From Nitrospinaceae bacterium (GTDB lineage: Bacteria; Nitrospinota; Nitrospinia; Nitrospinales; Nitrospinaceae): DNA of 64,000 nucleotides. This document shows, in pieces, positions 30,008 to 38,484 of this stretch. The stretch covers positions 3,456,001 through 3,520,000 of the forward strand of contig OZ245011.1 in NCBI GenBank assembly GCA_965223665.1. Reading direction: 5' to 3'. The translations under genes and the position numbers were made by a program. The stretch's first letter is position 1, and each line of letters begins with the position of its first letter. Below the pieces are notes generated by a model. The model was not told the DNA's origin, ran no database searches, and saw only the letters and a program-made list of their open reading frames with translations.

Positions 30008-30496
30008 ATGAAAAAAGTTTTTTTTCTATACTTTTTGTTTATTTTGATTTTGTTTGGTTGTGCGAATTCTGGTTCCAATACTGAAACCCAAATAGAAAAG
30101 CAAAGCATTAAGAAGGTTTCGCTAGGGGATTGCCCCCAAGCTCGAATAACACCTCAGGCACCTAAATCTATGTTGAAAGCTAAAAATCCAGCGGATGCCA
30201 AACCGGAGAATTTTAAAAAAGGGGAAAAATTGTATCAGGAAACTGCTACCCCTTTAGCATGTAAAACTTGTCATGGTGAAAATGGAAGTGGATTAGGTGA
30301 TCCGGACTTTGAAAGTACCCCCGCCGCACGCAATTTTACTTGTAATGAAACTATGCAAAAAATTTCAGATGGACAATTATTTTGGATCATAAAAAATGGT
30401 TCCCCAAACACTTCCATGCCCTCGCATGATAGCTTGCCTGATAAAGATATTTGGAATTTAGTGCTTTATATTCGTGGTTTTGCAAACTCTAATTAA
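30008..30496 (+). CDS. Monoheme c-type cytochrome lipoprotein with an extra Cys pair
   Basis: Lipobox LFGC; GDCPQ; CKTCH; ARNFTC; KNGSPNTSMP. Confidence 0.9.
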   Translation: MKKVFFLYFLFILILFGCANSGSNTETQIEKQSIKKVSLGDCPQARITPQAPKSMLKAKNPADAKPENFKKGEKLYQETATPLACKTCHGENGSGLGDPDFESTPAARNFTCNETMQKISDGQLFWIIKNGSPNTSMPSHDSLPDKDIWNLVLYIRGFANSN

Positions 30497-30515
30497 AAAA
30501 GAAAATTAATTTACA

Positions 30516-31145
30516 TTAATATGCTGACCTACGTTTTTCGAATTTGTATGAAAGAATACTTTTGCGTGCGTTTTCGGTAAGATTTTTTAAGCTCTCTTTG
30601 TTAGATTGTTTTAGGTTTTGAAATTCGTCTACGGAAGAATATTCAACATTTTTTTTGTTGCTAGCCAAAGGGATTACCTTTTTCTGTTTTACTAAATAAA
30701 TGAGTCCTTGAGTTTGAAAAGTAATCGAGGATGAGGTTAGGTTATTTATAGTCCTACGAAAGACCAACAGAAGATCTACATTATACTTTTCTCCTGCGCT
30801 AGTTAACATTTCGCGGGTGAGATTCCCAATTAAGTTTTTCTGAATAGTTACGGGAGCAATGCGAGAAGGGTCCACTTTTCTTAAGATTCGTTTTAGAGTA
30901 TCTGGTTTGCTTAAGATAGCATCCAGTTCATTTTCTTTGAGAGGTGAAAAATTTATAGAATTTTTTGTGAAATATTTTCCCTTTTCTGGTCGAGATTGAA
31001 TGACAGCCATGGACTGGGGAAAATGGATCAATTTAATTGCAGAATCAGGGTCCCTTTTGCTGAATAAGTCATCAGTGGCTTGACTAATATTTGGAGGAAT
31101 ACTCAGTAGGAGAAATAAAATACTTATAACCCAAAAAGATTTCAT
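30516..31145 (-). CDS. Exported hypothetical protein
   Basis: Signal peptide, RBS AAGGAG, 209 aa. Confidence 0.75.
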   Translation of the reverse strand: MKSFWVISILFLLLSIPPNISQATDDLFSKRDPDSAIKLIHFPQSMAVIQSRPEKGKYFTKNSINFSPLKENELDAILSKPDTLKRILRKVDPSRIAPVTIQKNLIGNLTREMLTSAGEKYNVDLLLVFRRTINNLTSSSITFQTQGLIYLVKQKKVIPLASNKKNVEYSSVDEFQNLKQSNKESLKNLTENARKSILSYKFEKRRSAY

Positions 31146-31203
31146 TGTTAGCTTCTCCTTTAAATTAATTTAGAAATTTGAGGATAAGTAAAAATAAATT
31201 TTT

Positions 31204-31851
31204 TCAGGCTTTTTGGAGAATAACAAAATCTTGCCCATTATTGTATATGATTTCCATGTTTAGATTATTTGCGATCCATTGAAATGTTTGTAGGCTATAG
31301 AAACAAATGTGGGTGAGGTCTCTTTTGTAATACCAATTATTAAATTCCTCTAAATTAGGTTCTTTGTTTTGTTGAGGGTAAAGTTTAGTCATGATTGCGC
31401 AAAAACTCTTTGGTTTAAGGAGCCCGTAGATTAGATTTAATTCTTTTTGGGGATTTTGAAAATGTTCAAAAGTTTCAGTTGAGATAACGATATCAAAAAA
31501 ATTTTTTTTAGGTAATGCTGGGAAAAAATGGATGTCGTAAACTTCAGAATCATAACCTTCTTTAATTAATAATTCTTGAAGCACCGGTTCATAACCACAT
31601 CCAAAATCTAAAATCTTTTTTGCATTGGGACAATATAATTTTAATAAATTAATTTTTTTTTGGAACATTTGAACATAACCAAGGTTATCTATACTATTTT
31701 CATGTTCCAGGTATCTTTGGATTTCGTCCTCTTTAGGGAGAAAGAAACGAGGAGGAACAAATATCAGGTTACAGACCTCACAATGAAAAAATTCTCTAAA
31801 TTTGTCAGATGTGAGAATCCAAGTGACGGACTGGCATAATGGACATTTCAT
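31204..31851 (-). CDS. Class I SAM methyltransferase with N-terminal Zn ribbon
   Basis: CPLC...CEVC; LDFGCG; TETFEHF; WYYKRD.TH. Confidence 0.88.
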   Translation of the reverse strand: MKCPLCQSVTWILTSDKFREFFHCEVCNLIFVPPRFFLPKEDEIQRYLEHENSIDNLGYVQMFQKKINLLKLYCPNAKKILDFGCGYEPVLQELLIKEGYDSEVYDIHFFPALPKKNFFDIVISTETFEHFQNPQKELNLIYGLLKPKSFCAIMTKLYPQQNKEPNLEEFNNWYYKRDLTHICFYSLQTFQWIANNLNMEIIYNNGQDFVILQKA

Positions 31852-31994
31852 AAGTCGATATTGTGCCACATTTCAAAATGGTTGCGTTGATGATAAAGAA
31901 TTTGTTTTAATATGGGTCTCATCCAAATGAGAATCTAAAAGAAAAAACTTAATTTATTTCCTCATTTGCTTAAAGGGGAACTTCAGGAGAATTT

Positions 31995-32567
31995 ATGGGG
32001 ACCTATATTAGCGGAAACTCCATCCGCCCGGGTTATGTGATTATTTATAATGATGATTTATACAGGGTTATGTCTGCCGAACATCGAACCCCTGGAAATA
32101 AACGCGCTTTTATGCAGGCAAAATTGAGAAATCTAAAAAATGGAAATCAAACAGAAGTTAAATTCCGGGCAGATGAGGAAATTCAAAGAGCTGTTTTAGA
32201 ACAAGCAGAAATGGAATATTTATATTCAGATACTTCTGGTTATTGCTTTATGAATTGCGAAACTTATGAACAAATTTTTGTAGATGAAGATATCATTTCT
32301 GACTCTAAGTCTTTTCTGCTTCCCAACACAAAAGCGCAAATCGAATTTCATGAAGGGAAACCCATTGGAATCGATTTGCCTGAAACCGTAGACTTGAAAA
32401 TCATTGATACCGAGCCACCTTTAAAAGGAGCCACGGCATCTGGCTCAGGAAAGCCCGCTACTTTGGAAACAGGTTTAGTGGTTACGGTCCCTCAATTTAT
32501 TGAAATTGATGAAGTTGTTCGAGTTTCAACTTCTTCTGGCCAATATTTAGAGAGGGTTAAAAAATAA
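31995..32567 (+). CDS. efp: Translation elongation factor P
   Basis: HRTPGNKRAF, MEYLY, GATASGSGKPATLETG..VPQFI. Confidence 0.96.
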   Translation: MGTYISGNSIRPGYVIIYNDDLYRVMSAEHRTPGNKRAFMQAKLRNLKNGNQTEVKFRADEEIQRAVLEQAEMEYLYSDTSGYCFMNCETYEQIFVDEDIISDSKSFLLPNTKAQIEFHEGKPIGIDLPETVDLKIIDTEPPLKGATASGSGKPATLETGLVVTVPQFIEIDEVVRVSTSSGQYLERVKK

Positions 32568-32755
32568 GTATCCCTATGAGTGGTTTTCGAAGTGTATGAA
32601 AAAATATAAAAGTGTGCCTTATTAGATAACATTTTTTTAATTTGAAAAAATTTTGTTTTTCTATTTTAGGCTTTTAAAATATTTTGGTAATTTATGTGAA
32701 TTAATTTTAAAAGTGTTATCAACGCGTACACAAAGTGAAAAGTTGATCGATTAAA

Positions 32756-32784
32756 TTGACAAAAAATATTATTTAAAATAAACT
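32756..32784 (+). promoter_or_regulatory. Putative sigma70 promoter of the tol operon
   Basis: TTGACA-N17-TAAACT. Confidence 0.55.
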
Positions 32785-32861
32785 TACTAAGTTAGACTGG
32801 TTGAGCTTTTTTAATTAAATTATAGAACTTATCCTCCCTTTAAATTCTTTAGGAATTCTCC

Positions 32862-33605
32862 ATGCAGGAAGTCTCGGACACCATTGATCCATTAAGTGCT
32901 TTGGAATTGATTGCTAGGTCAACTCCCACTGCCAAAGGCGTATTATTGCTTCTTTTGGTGTTTTCAATTGTTTCTTGGGCCATTATTTTTACAAAGTTTT
33001 TTATTTTCAGAAAAGCCCGAGAACAGGACAAAATGTTTATAGACTTTTTTTCCAAAAGTGAAAGCTTGAATAACATTTGTAATTTTTCCAAGGGGTTAAA
33101 GTACAGCCCAGTCGCACGTGTTTTTTTGACGGGCTATAATGAACTTTATGTATATAGGGAAGTTCAAAAATCTCCAAATGGAAACCCTGGAGATAAGACG
33201 GGTTTGACCACTAAAGATTTAAAAGGGATAAATTTAGCACTGAATAAATCCATTAACCGTGAAATAGAACGATTATCAGGCAAGCTGGATTTTTTAGCAA
33301 CCACAGGGAGTACCGCGCCTTTTATTGGATTATTTGGGACGGTGTGGGGGATTATGCACTCTTTCCGATTAATAGGCTTAAAGGGGTCAGCTAGTATAGG
33401 TGGTGTGGCTCCAGGAATAGCAGAAGCTTTGATTGCTACTGCAGCAGGTTTGGTGGCGGCCATTCCTGCAGTGGTATTTTTCAATTACCTAAACGCCAAA
33501 ATTCGCGGATTTTCACACCGGATGGAAGACTTTTCAGAAGATTTTTTATTTATGGTAGAAAAAAACTTTATGAAAGAATCTTCTGATCCTGTTCGTATTG
33601 ACTAG
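32862..33605 (+). CDS. tolQ: TolQ (MotA/TolQ/ExbB family)
   Basis: LATTGSTAPFIGLFGTVWGIM, APGIAEALIATAAGL; first gene of the tol-pal cluster. Confidence 0.93.
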   Translation: MQEVSDTIDPLSALELIARSTPTAKGVLLLLLVFSIVSWAIIFTKFFIFRKAREQDKMFIDFFSKSESLNNICNFSKGLKYSPVARVFLTGYNELYVYREVQKSPNGNPGDKTGLTTKDLKGINLALNKSINREIERLSGKLDFLATTGSTAPFIGLFGTVWGIMHSFRLIGLKGSASIGGVAPGIAEALIATAAGLVAAIPAVVFFNYLNAKIRGFSHRMEDFSEDFLFMVEKNFMKESSDPVRID

Positions 33606-33612
33606 ATAAGAT

Positions 33613-34017
33613 ATGATTGTAAAGCGTAATTCTAATTTAATGGCAGACATTAATGTCACTCCCTTTGTGGATGTAATGCTAGTATTGCTTGTCATATTTA
33701 TGATTACCGCACCCTTGATGCAACATGGCATGGATGTTGAACTTCCTCAGGAGAGTTCTTCTGTGGTTGAAGTTAAAGAAATTCCTTCTGTCACCATTCA
33801 AAATAATCGTAAAATCTATTGGAACGATGAAAATGTTCCTAACCTAATGATCCTAACTGAAAAAATAAATCAATATCTTAAGAATAATGATGAAAAGGCT
33901 GCCGTCTATTTTAGAGCTGATAAAACTTTGGACTATGGTTATGTAATGAAGGTAATGACGACTATCCGCCGTGCCGGAGTGCATAACATTGGTATGATGA
34001 CTGATCCACAGCAATGA
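33613..34017 (+). CDS. tolR: TolR (ExbD/TolR family)
   Basis: DINVTPFVDVMLVLLVIFMITAP, RADK..YG.VM. Confidence 0.92.
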   Translation: MIVKRNSNLMADINVTPFVDVMLVLLVIFMITAPLMQHGMDVELPQESSSVVEVKEIPSVTIQNNRKIYWNDENVPNLMILTEKINQYLKNNDEKAAVYFRADKTLDYGYVMKVMTTIRRAGVHNIGMMTDPQQ

Positions 34018-35591
34018 GAGCAAACCGTATTCCGTTTATTAATTTTAACCAGATGCTGGTCATATCTGTATTTGTTCATTTTGCGTTTTTAACCCTAATG
34101 ATGTTTATGCCCAAAACTCAATTAATGAAACAGAAAATAAAACCTGCATTTATGGTTGATTTGATTGAAATACCCAAATCTCCCAGTCAAGTAACTAAAC
34201 CACAGCCTGTGGTAGAAAAAAAACTGCCTCAAAAAGAACAATCCCCTCCTATTGAAAAGAGTATGGTTCCAAATAAACCAAAGAAGATTGCAAAGCCTAA
34301 ACCCGTTCCTGTGCAGAAAAAAGTGGCAGAAAAACCCAAAATGGAGGCTATAAAAGAACCCCAACCTGAACCTCTTCCCGAATTGAAGCCAATTGTACCT
34401 CCGAAACCAATTGTGACGCCTCTGATGGAAGCTCCTAAACCTTTTGACTATCAATTAAAGCCTGCACCAGAATTAAAAACTTCGGAGTTTAAGCGTAAGG
34501 AAATAGAACAATTTCAACCCGCACAGATTCCAACTCAACAGGAGATCACTGCAAAACCCTCTCTTCAATCTGAAGTAAAAAATCAACCTGTAGCGAACCC
34601 ATTACTAAAAAAATTAGACCAGATGGCAAAAATTGAGCCACAAGTTGCCAAGTCCAAACCAGTGCCAGCCAAACCTACTAGAGATCCTCTATTAGACCAA
34701 ACTTTTCAAGAGTTGAATGAAATTAGACCTGTTCCAAACACAAATCAAAAAAAATCGAAATTGGTGGTACCTGTACCTTCACATGACCCTTTTGAAGATT
34801 TTGAAAATATAAAAATGAAAAAAGATATTCAAAAGGTTGCTCCAAAACAAAATCAGATAGTGGCGGCGGCCCCAAAAAATCCTCAAGAACAAGCTTTTGA
34901 AGAGTTAACTCAAAAAAAGATCAAGTTGGACTCTGTAAAAACCCAACAACTTCCACAGTCCATTCAAAAAGAATTGGAAACGTTAAAAAATTTAAAAAGT
35001 AAGCCCGTTGTTGTGGCAAAATTAGATAAACGTACAAAGACGCGACCAAAACCTTCAAGTAGAAAAAGTTTAGCCCCTATATTAAATAAGAAATTAGATT
35101 CTTTAAAAAAGAAGTCTATTGAAGTTTCTGTGGAAATAAATACAAGTAAGAGCGCTTCAACAAAAACCCCTGCAGATTTAGTCTATAAAAGTAAGATTCG
35201 CAGTATAGAAGCGCCGGATTTAAAAACTAAAGTTGAAGTTGAAACTCCAGGGACTTCTTTTAAAAAAGTAAAACCCATGGGTACTTCCCAAATGGCCCCC
35301 AAGGGTAAGCCTTCCTCAACTGTTATTAATCATTATGCGGCAATGGTTAAAAGTCGGGTGCAAGAGCATTGGAAAGACCCAATCGGTGGAGGAAAAGGCG
35401 TAATTTTAGTTTCTTTTTATGTGTTTCCTGAAGGTAATATTGATAGCCCCGTGATAATACAAGAATCCAATGATTTCCATTTAGATAATTTAGCGATTCG
35501 AGCGATCCAGGATTCAGCACCGTTTCCGGTTTTTCCTGATGATTTAAGAATCCCCAATATGCGATTAACGCTGGAATTTAATTATGAATAA
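34014..35591 (+). CDS. tolA: TolA/TonB-family energy transducer, unusually long
   Basis: N-terminal TM with S-x3-H, long Pro/Lys/Gln-rich linker, C-terminal LDNLAIRAIQDSAPF domain; lies between tolR and tolB. Confidence 0.82.
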   Translation: MRANRIPFINFNQMLVISVFVHFAFLTLMMFMPKTQLMKQKIKPAFMVDLIEIPKSPSQVTKPQPVVEKKLPQKEQSPPIEKSMVPNKPKKIAKPKPVPVQKKVAEKPKMEAIKEPQPEPLPELKPIVPPKPIVTPLMEAPKPFDYQLKPAPELKTSEFKRKEIEQFQPAQIPTQQEITAKPSLQSEVKNQPVANPLLKKLDQMAKIEPQVAKSKPVPAKPTRDPLLDQTFQELNEIRPVPNTNQKKSKLVVPVPSHDPFEDFENIKMKKDIQKVAPKQNQIVAAAPKNPQEQAFEELTQKKIKLDSVKTQQLPQSIQKELETLKNLKSKPVVVAKLDKRTKTRPKPSSRKSLAPILNKKLDSLKKKSIEVSVEINTSKSASTKTPADLVYKSKIRSIEAPDLKTKVEVETPGTSFKKVKPMGTSQMAPKGKPSSTVINHYAAMVKSRVQEHWKDPIGGGKGVILVSFYVFPEGNIDSPVIIQESNDFHLDNLAIRAIQDSAPFPVFPDDLRIPNMRLTLEFNYE

Positions 35592-36927
35592 AATTCCCCT
35601 TAAAATTTTAAAATATTTATTGATAGCATTTCTTGTCTTAAGCATAAATTCAACAATTCATGCTCAGACTGATATTTTAATTGATCTTTCCAAGGAAACC
35701 CGGGAAGAAGTATCAATTGCTGTCACTGGATTTCAAGCGACTACAGAAAATAGCGATCCAGAGGTGGGAGTTAAAGGGCGAAAAATTTTAGAGGATGATC
35801 TAAAATTATTTGAGATATTTGTTCCTTTGGACCATGAATCATATAAAGAACTGGAAAACTTGGAGAATGGCCAAGGTGGTGTAAATTATGGGCAGTGGAA
35901 TTCATTAGGTGCTCAGTGGTTAATAAAGACGCAATATGAAACGCAAGGTAAAGATGGAAAAATTAAATTTACCTTCCGCTTATACGATGTCATTAACGAA
36001 CGATTTTTATTAGGAAAACGTTACCAAGGAACTCGAAGCTTTATCCGAAAAATAATGCACCGTTTTGCCGACAAGGTAATGGAAGAACTTACGGGTAAGC
36101 CGGGTGTGGCAGAAACCCAAATTGCTTTTCTGTCCCGGACAGAGCAGGGCAAGGAAATGTATGCCGTTGATTTTGATGGCGCCAATATTTCAAAACTCAC
36201 TAATGAAAAATCTGTTGTCCTCTCCCCAGATTGGTCTCCAGATGGACGTTCAATTGTATTTACTTCTTTTCAGGACCATAATCCAGATTTAATCATGGTC
36301 GATTCGTCTGGTCGAAGAAGGCGCGTATTATTGAAATTGCCTGGATTAAACTCAGCGCCTGCCTGGTCACCTGATGGAACGAAAATTTCCCTGGTACTAA
36401 GTAGAGATCAGAACTCAGAAATATATATTTTGAACCGTTGGAGAAAATTAACACGTCTCACCAGGCATTTTAATATCGATACCTCCCCAAGTTGGTCACC
36501 GGATGGTAAGAAAATTGCATTTACTTCCGATAGATCTGGGACAGGTCGTCCTCAGGTATATATTATGGATTCTGAAAATGGGGATAGGATGGGTGTGACT
36601 AGAATATCGTATGGATCTACCTATAATGATAATCCTGCTTGGTCACCCGATGGAGATAAAATCGCATATACGTCCTTGGTAGGTAAGGAATTTCAAATAA
36701 AGATTTATTATCCTGAATCTAAAAAAACTGTCCAAATTACAAATGGACCCGGTAGTAAAGAGGAGCCGTCATGGTCTCCAGATGGCAGATTTATTGCCTA
36801 TCACATGACCCAAGGCAAACAGTCTTCTATTCAAGTGAGGAGAATTGGAAGCCCACAAAGTAGGTCAATAACAAAGCTTGATATAGCGGCATTTAGTCCA
36901 ACTTGGTCGCCTTATCCGAATAAATAG
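35584..36927 (+). CDS. tolB: TolB
   Basis: TolB-N domain plus PD40 repeats (P.WSPDG). Confidence 0.93.
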   Translation: MNKIPLKILKYLLIAFLVLSINSTIHAQTDILIDLSKETREEVSIAVTGFQATTENSDPEVGVKGRKILEDDLKLFEIFVPLDHESYKELENLENGQGGVNYGQWNSLGAQWLIKTQYETQGKDGKIKFTFRLYDVINERFLLGKRYQGTRSFIRKIMHRFADKVMEELTGKPGVAETQIAFLSRTEQGKEMYAVDFDGANISKLTNEKSVVLSPDWSPDGRSIVFTSFQDHNPDLIMVDSSGRRRRVLLKLPGLNSAPAWSPDGTKISLVLSRDQNSEIYILNRWRKLTRLTRHFNIDTSPSWSPDGKKIAFTSDRSGTGRPQVYIMDSENGDRMGVTRISYGSTYNDNPAWSPDGDKIAYTSLVGKEFQIKIYYPESKKTVQITNGPGSKEEPSWSPDGRFIAYHMTQGKQSSIQVRRIGSPQSRSITKLDIAAFSPTWSPYPNK

Positions 36928-37044
36928 GTTTAGTCCGAAATCTTAAAGTGATCGATTTTTTTTAATTTGATTATTAGTATTTTTAATTTTGCTAAATCTA
37001 TTGAGAAATTAAATAAATTTATGGTTGGCAAATAGTTGATCTAT

Positions 37045-37074
37045 TTGACATTATGGATTTTGTTTTTCTATAAT
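37045..37074 (+). promoter_or_regulatory. Consensus sigma70 promoter of pal
   Basis: TTGACA-N18-TATAAT. Confidence 0.65.
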
Positions 37075-37212
37075 GGTAATTGTTTGTAAATTTGTCCAAT
37101 GAGGATCGGTATTTAGATATTTGTGTTTAACTTTAGTAAAGAAATTCGATTAGGTATGATCGTTAGTTAAATAAATATTCATTATTTTAAGGTTTCATCA
37201 CGAGGTTTCAAT

Positions 37213-38340
37213 ATGGTAAGAAACAAATTAAACAAAAAAACAAAAAAGACTTACCTTCTAGTTGCACTTTTAGCGATTACGGTTGGTACAGGGTGTGCAA
37301 AAACTTTATCCGCTCCTCCTAGTCCTGAAGCAAATAACTCGGGTTCTGCAGAGTTACAAGCAGAAAACAATGACGGTGTTAACTCCCAAGAAGGCATTGA
37401 TGAGTCAGGATTCCAGGAAAAAGGATTCGATATTCAAGGCGACTCCAGTCAAGTTGAAACATCTCCATTTATTACTGAAAGTTCTTCTGGTGATGGACCT
37501 ATTCCTGCAGATGAACCGGAAATGTCAGCTTCAGATATGGGTGAAGGAGTAGCTCCTGATTTTGATGGCAATTCATCGCAATCTGATTTTGGAGGTGGAA
37601 ACACCGGAGCAATGGCTCTTCAAGATAAACCTTATGAAGCGGACCCTTTTTCTGGTGGATCTGGAAGTGACCAAAACTCTAATTTGTCTGGAATGGACTC
37701 AGGAAATGTTATGGCAGATGGTTCATCGAATACAATGTCTTCAGATGGCTCTTCACCAATAGTGTCTAACTCCTTTACTGATTCTGGAAGCAATTCAGGC
37801 GATACGATGGCAGATGGCTCAGGATCCATGGGTGATGGTTCAGGGTCTATGGGTAATGGTTCTTCCAACAGTGGAAACTCATTTGATATTTTTGCAAATG
37901 AAGAAACCCCTCCAGTAAGTGACGGTGGAGCTTCCGGAGATGGAGGAATTGTTTCTGATTCAAACTCAGGTGCAGAGGAAGCAAGACTTCTGTCCTTTAA
38001 AAGTGAAGACCAATTAGCGGATATTCATTTTGATTTTGATCGCTATGATTTAGACGATAGCAATATGGAAATATTACGTAAAAATGCTGACTGGTTGAAA
38101 AGTAATCCAGCTACAAAGGTTGAAATTCAAGGTCATTGCGATGAAAGAGGAACAAACAACTATAACCTTACCTTAGGCGAACGTCGAGCTTTGGCTACTA
38201 AGAAGTATTTGGTTTCTTTAGGAGTCGAAGAAGACCGATTATTTACAATTAGCTATGGTGAGGAAAAGCCGTTTTGTTTTGAAAGTGATGAAAGTTGCTG
38301 GAAAAATAATCGACGAGCTCACTTTATGGTAGCAGAATAG
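37213..38340 (+). CDS. pal: Peptidoglycan-associated lipoprotein with an acidic low-complexity linker of about 240 aa
   Basis: Lipobox-like GTGC; C-terminal IHFDFD...GHCDERGT..YN..LGERRA...SYGEEKP...NRRA. Confidence 0.9.
   Translation: MVRNKLNKKTKKTYLLVALLAITVGTGCAKTLSAPPSPEANNSGSAELQAENNDGVNSQEGIDESGFQEKGFDIQGDSSQVETSPFITESSSGDGPIPADEPEMSASDMGEGVAPDFDGNSSQSDFGGGNTGAMALQDKPYEADPFSGGSGSDQNSNLSGMDSGNVMADGSSNTMSSDGSSPIVSNSFTDSGSNSGDTMADGSGSMGDGSGSMGNGSSNSGNSFDIFANEETPPVSDGGASGDGGIVSDSNSGAEEARLLSFKSEDQLADIHFDFDRYDLDDSNMEILRKNADWLKSNPATKVEIQGHCDERGTNNYNLTLGERRALATKKYLVSLGVEEDRLFTISYGEEKPFCFESDESCWKNNRRAHFMVAE
37807..37869 (+). repeat. Degenerate 21-bp tandem repeat x3 in the pal linker (MADGSGS/MGDGSGS/MGNGSSN)
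   Basis: atggcagatggctcaggatcc / atgggtgatggttcagggtct / atgggtaatggttcttccaac; related copies near 37711-37755. Confidence 0.8.
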
Positions 38341-38388
38341 GGCTCATTGAAATTATCAAATGGCCTAACCAATTTTACTCTCAACTTT

Positions 38389-38428
38389 ATGACCGCAACG
38401 CGATATACTTGTTGCGGTCATTTTTTTT
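38389..38428 (+). terminator. Rho-independent terminator after pal
   Basis: ATGACCGCAAC/GTTGCGGTCAT 11-bp stem plus T8. Confidence 0.88.
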
Positions 38429-38484
38429 GTTTTTAATACTAGCCTGATTTTACTTCTAATCTCGGTTATTCATTCAACTTTTTT

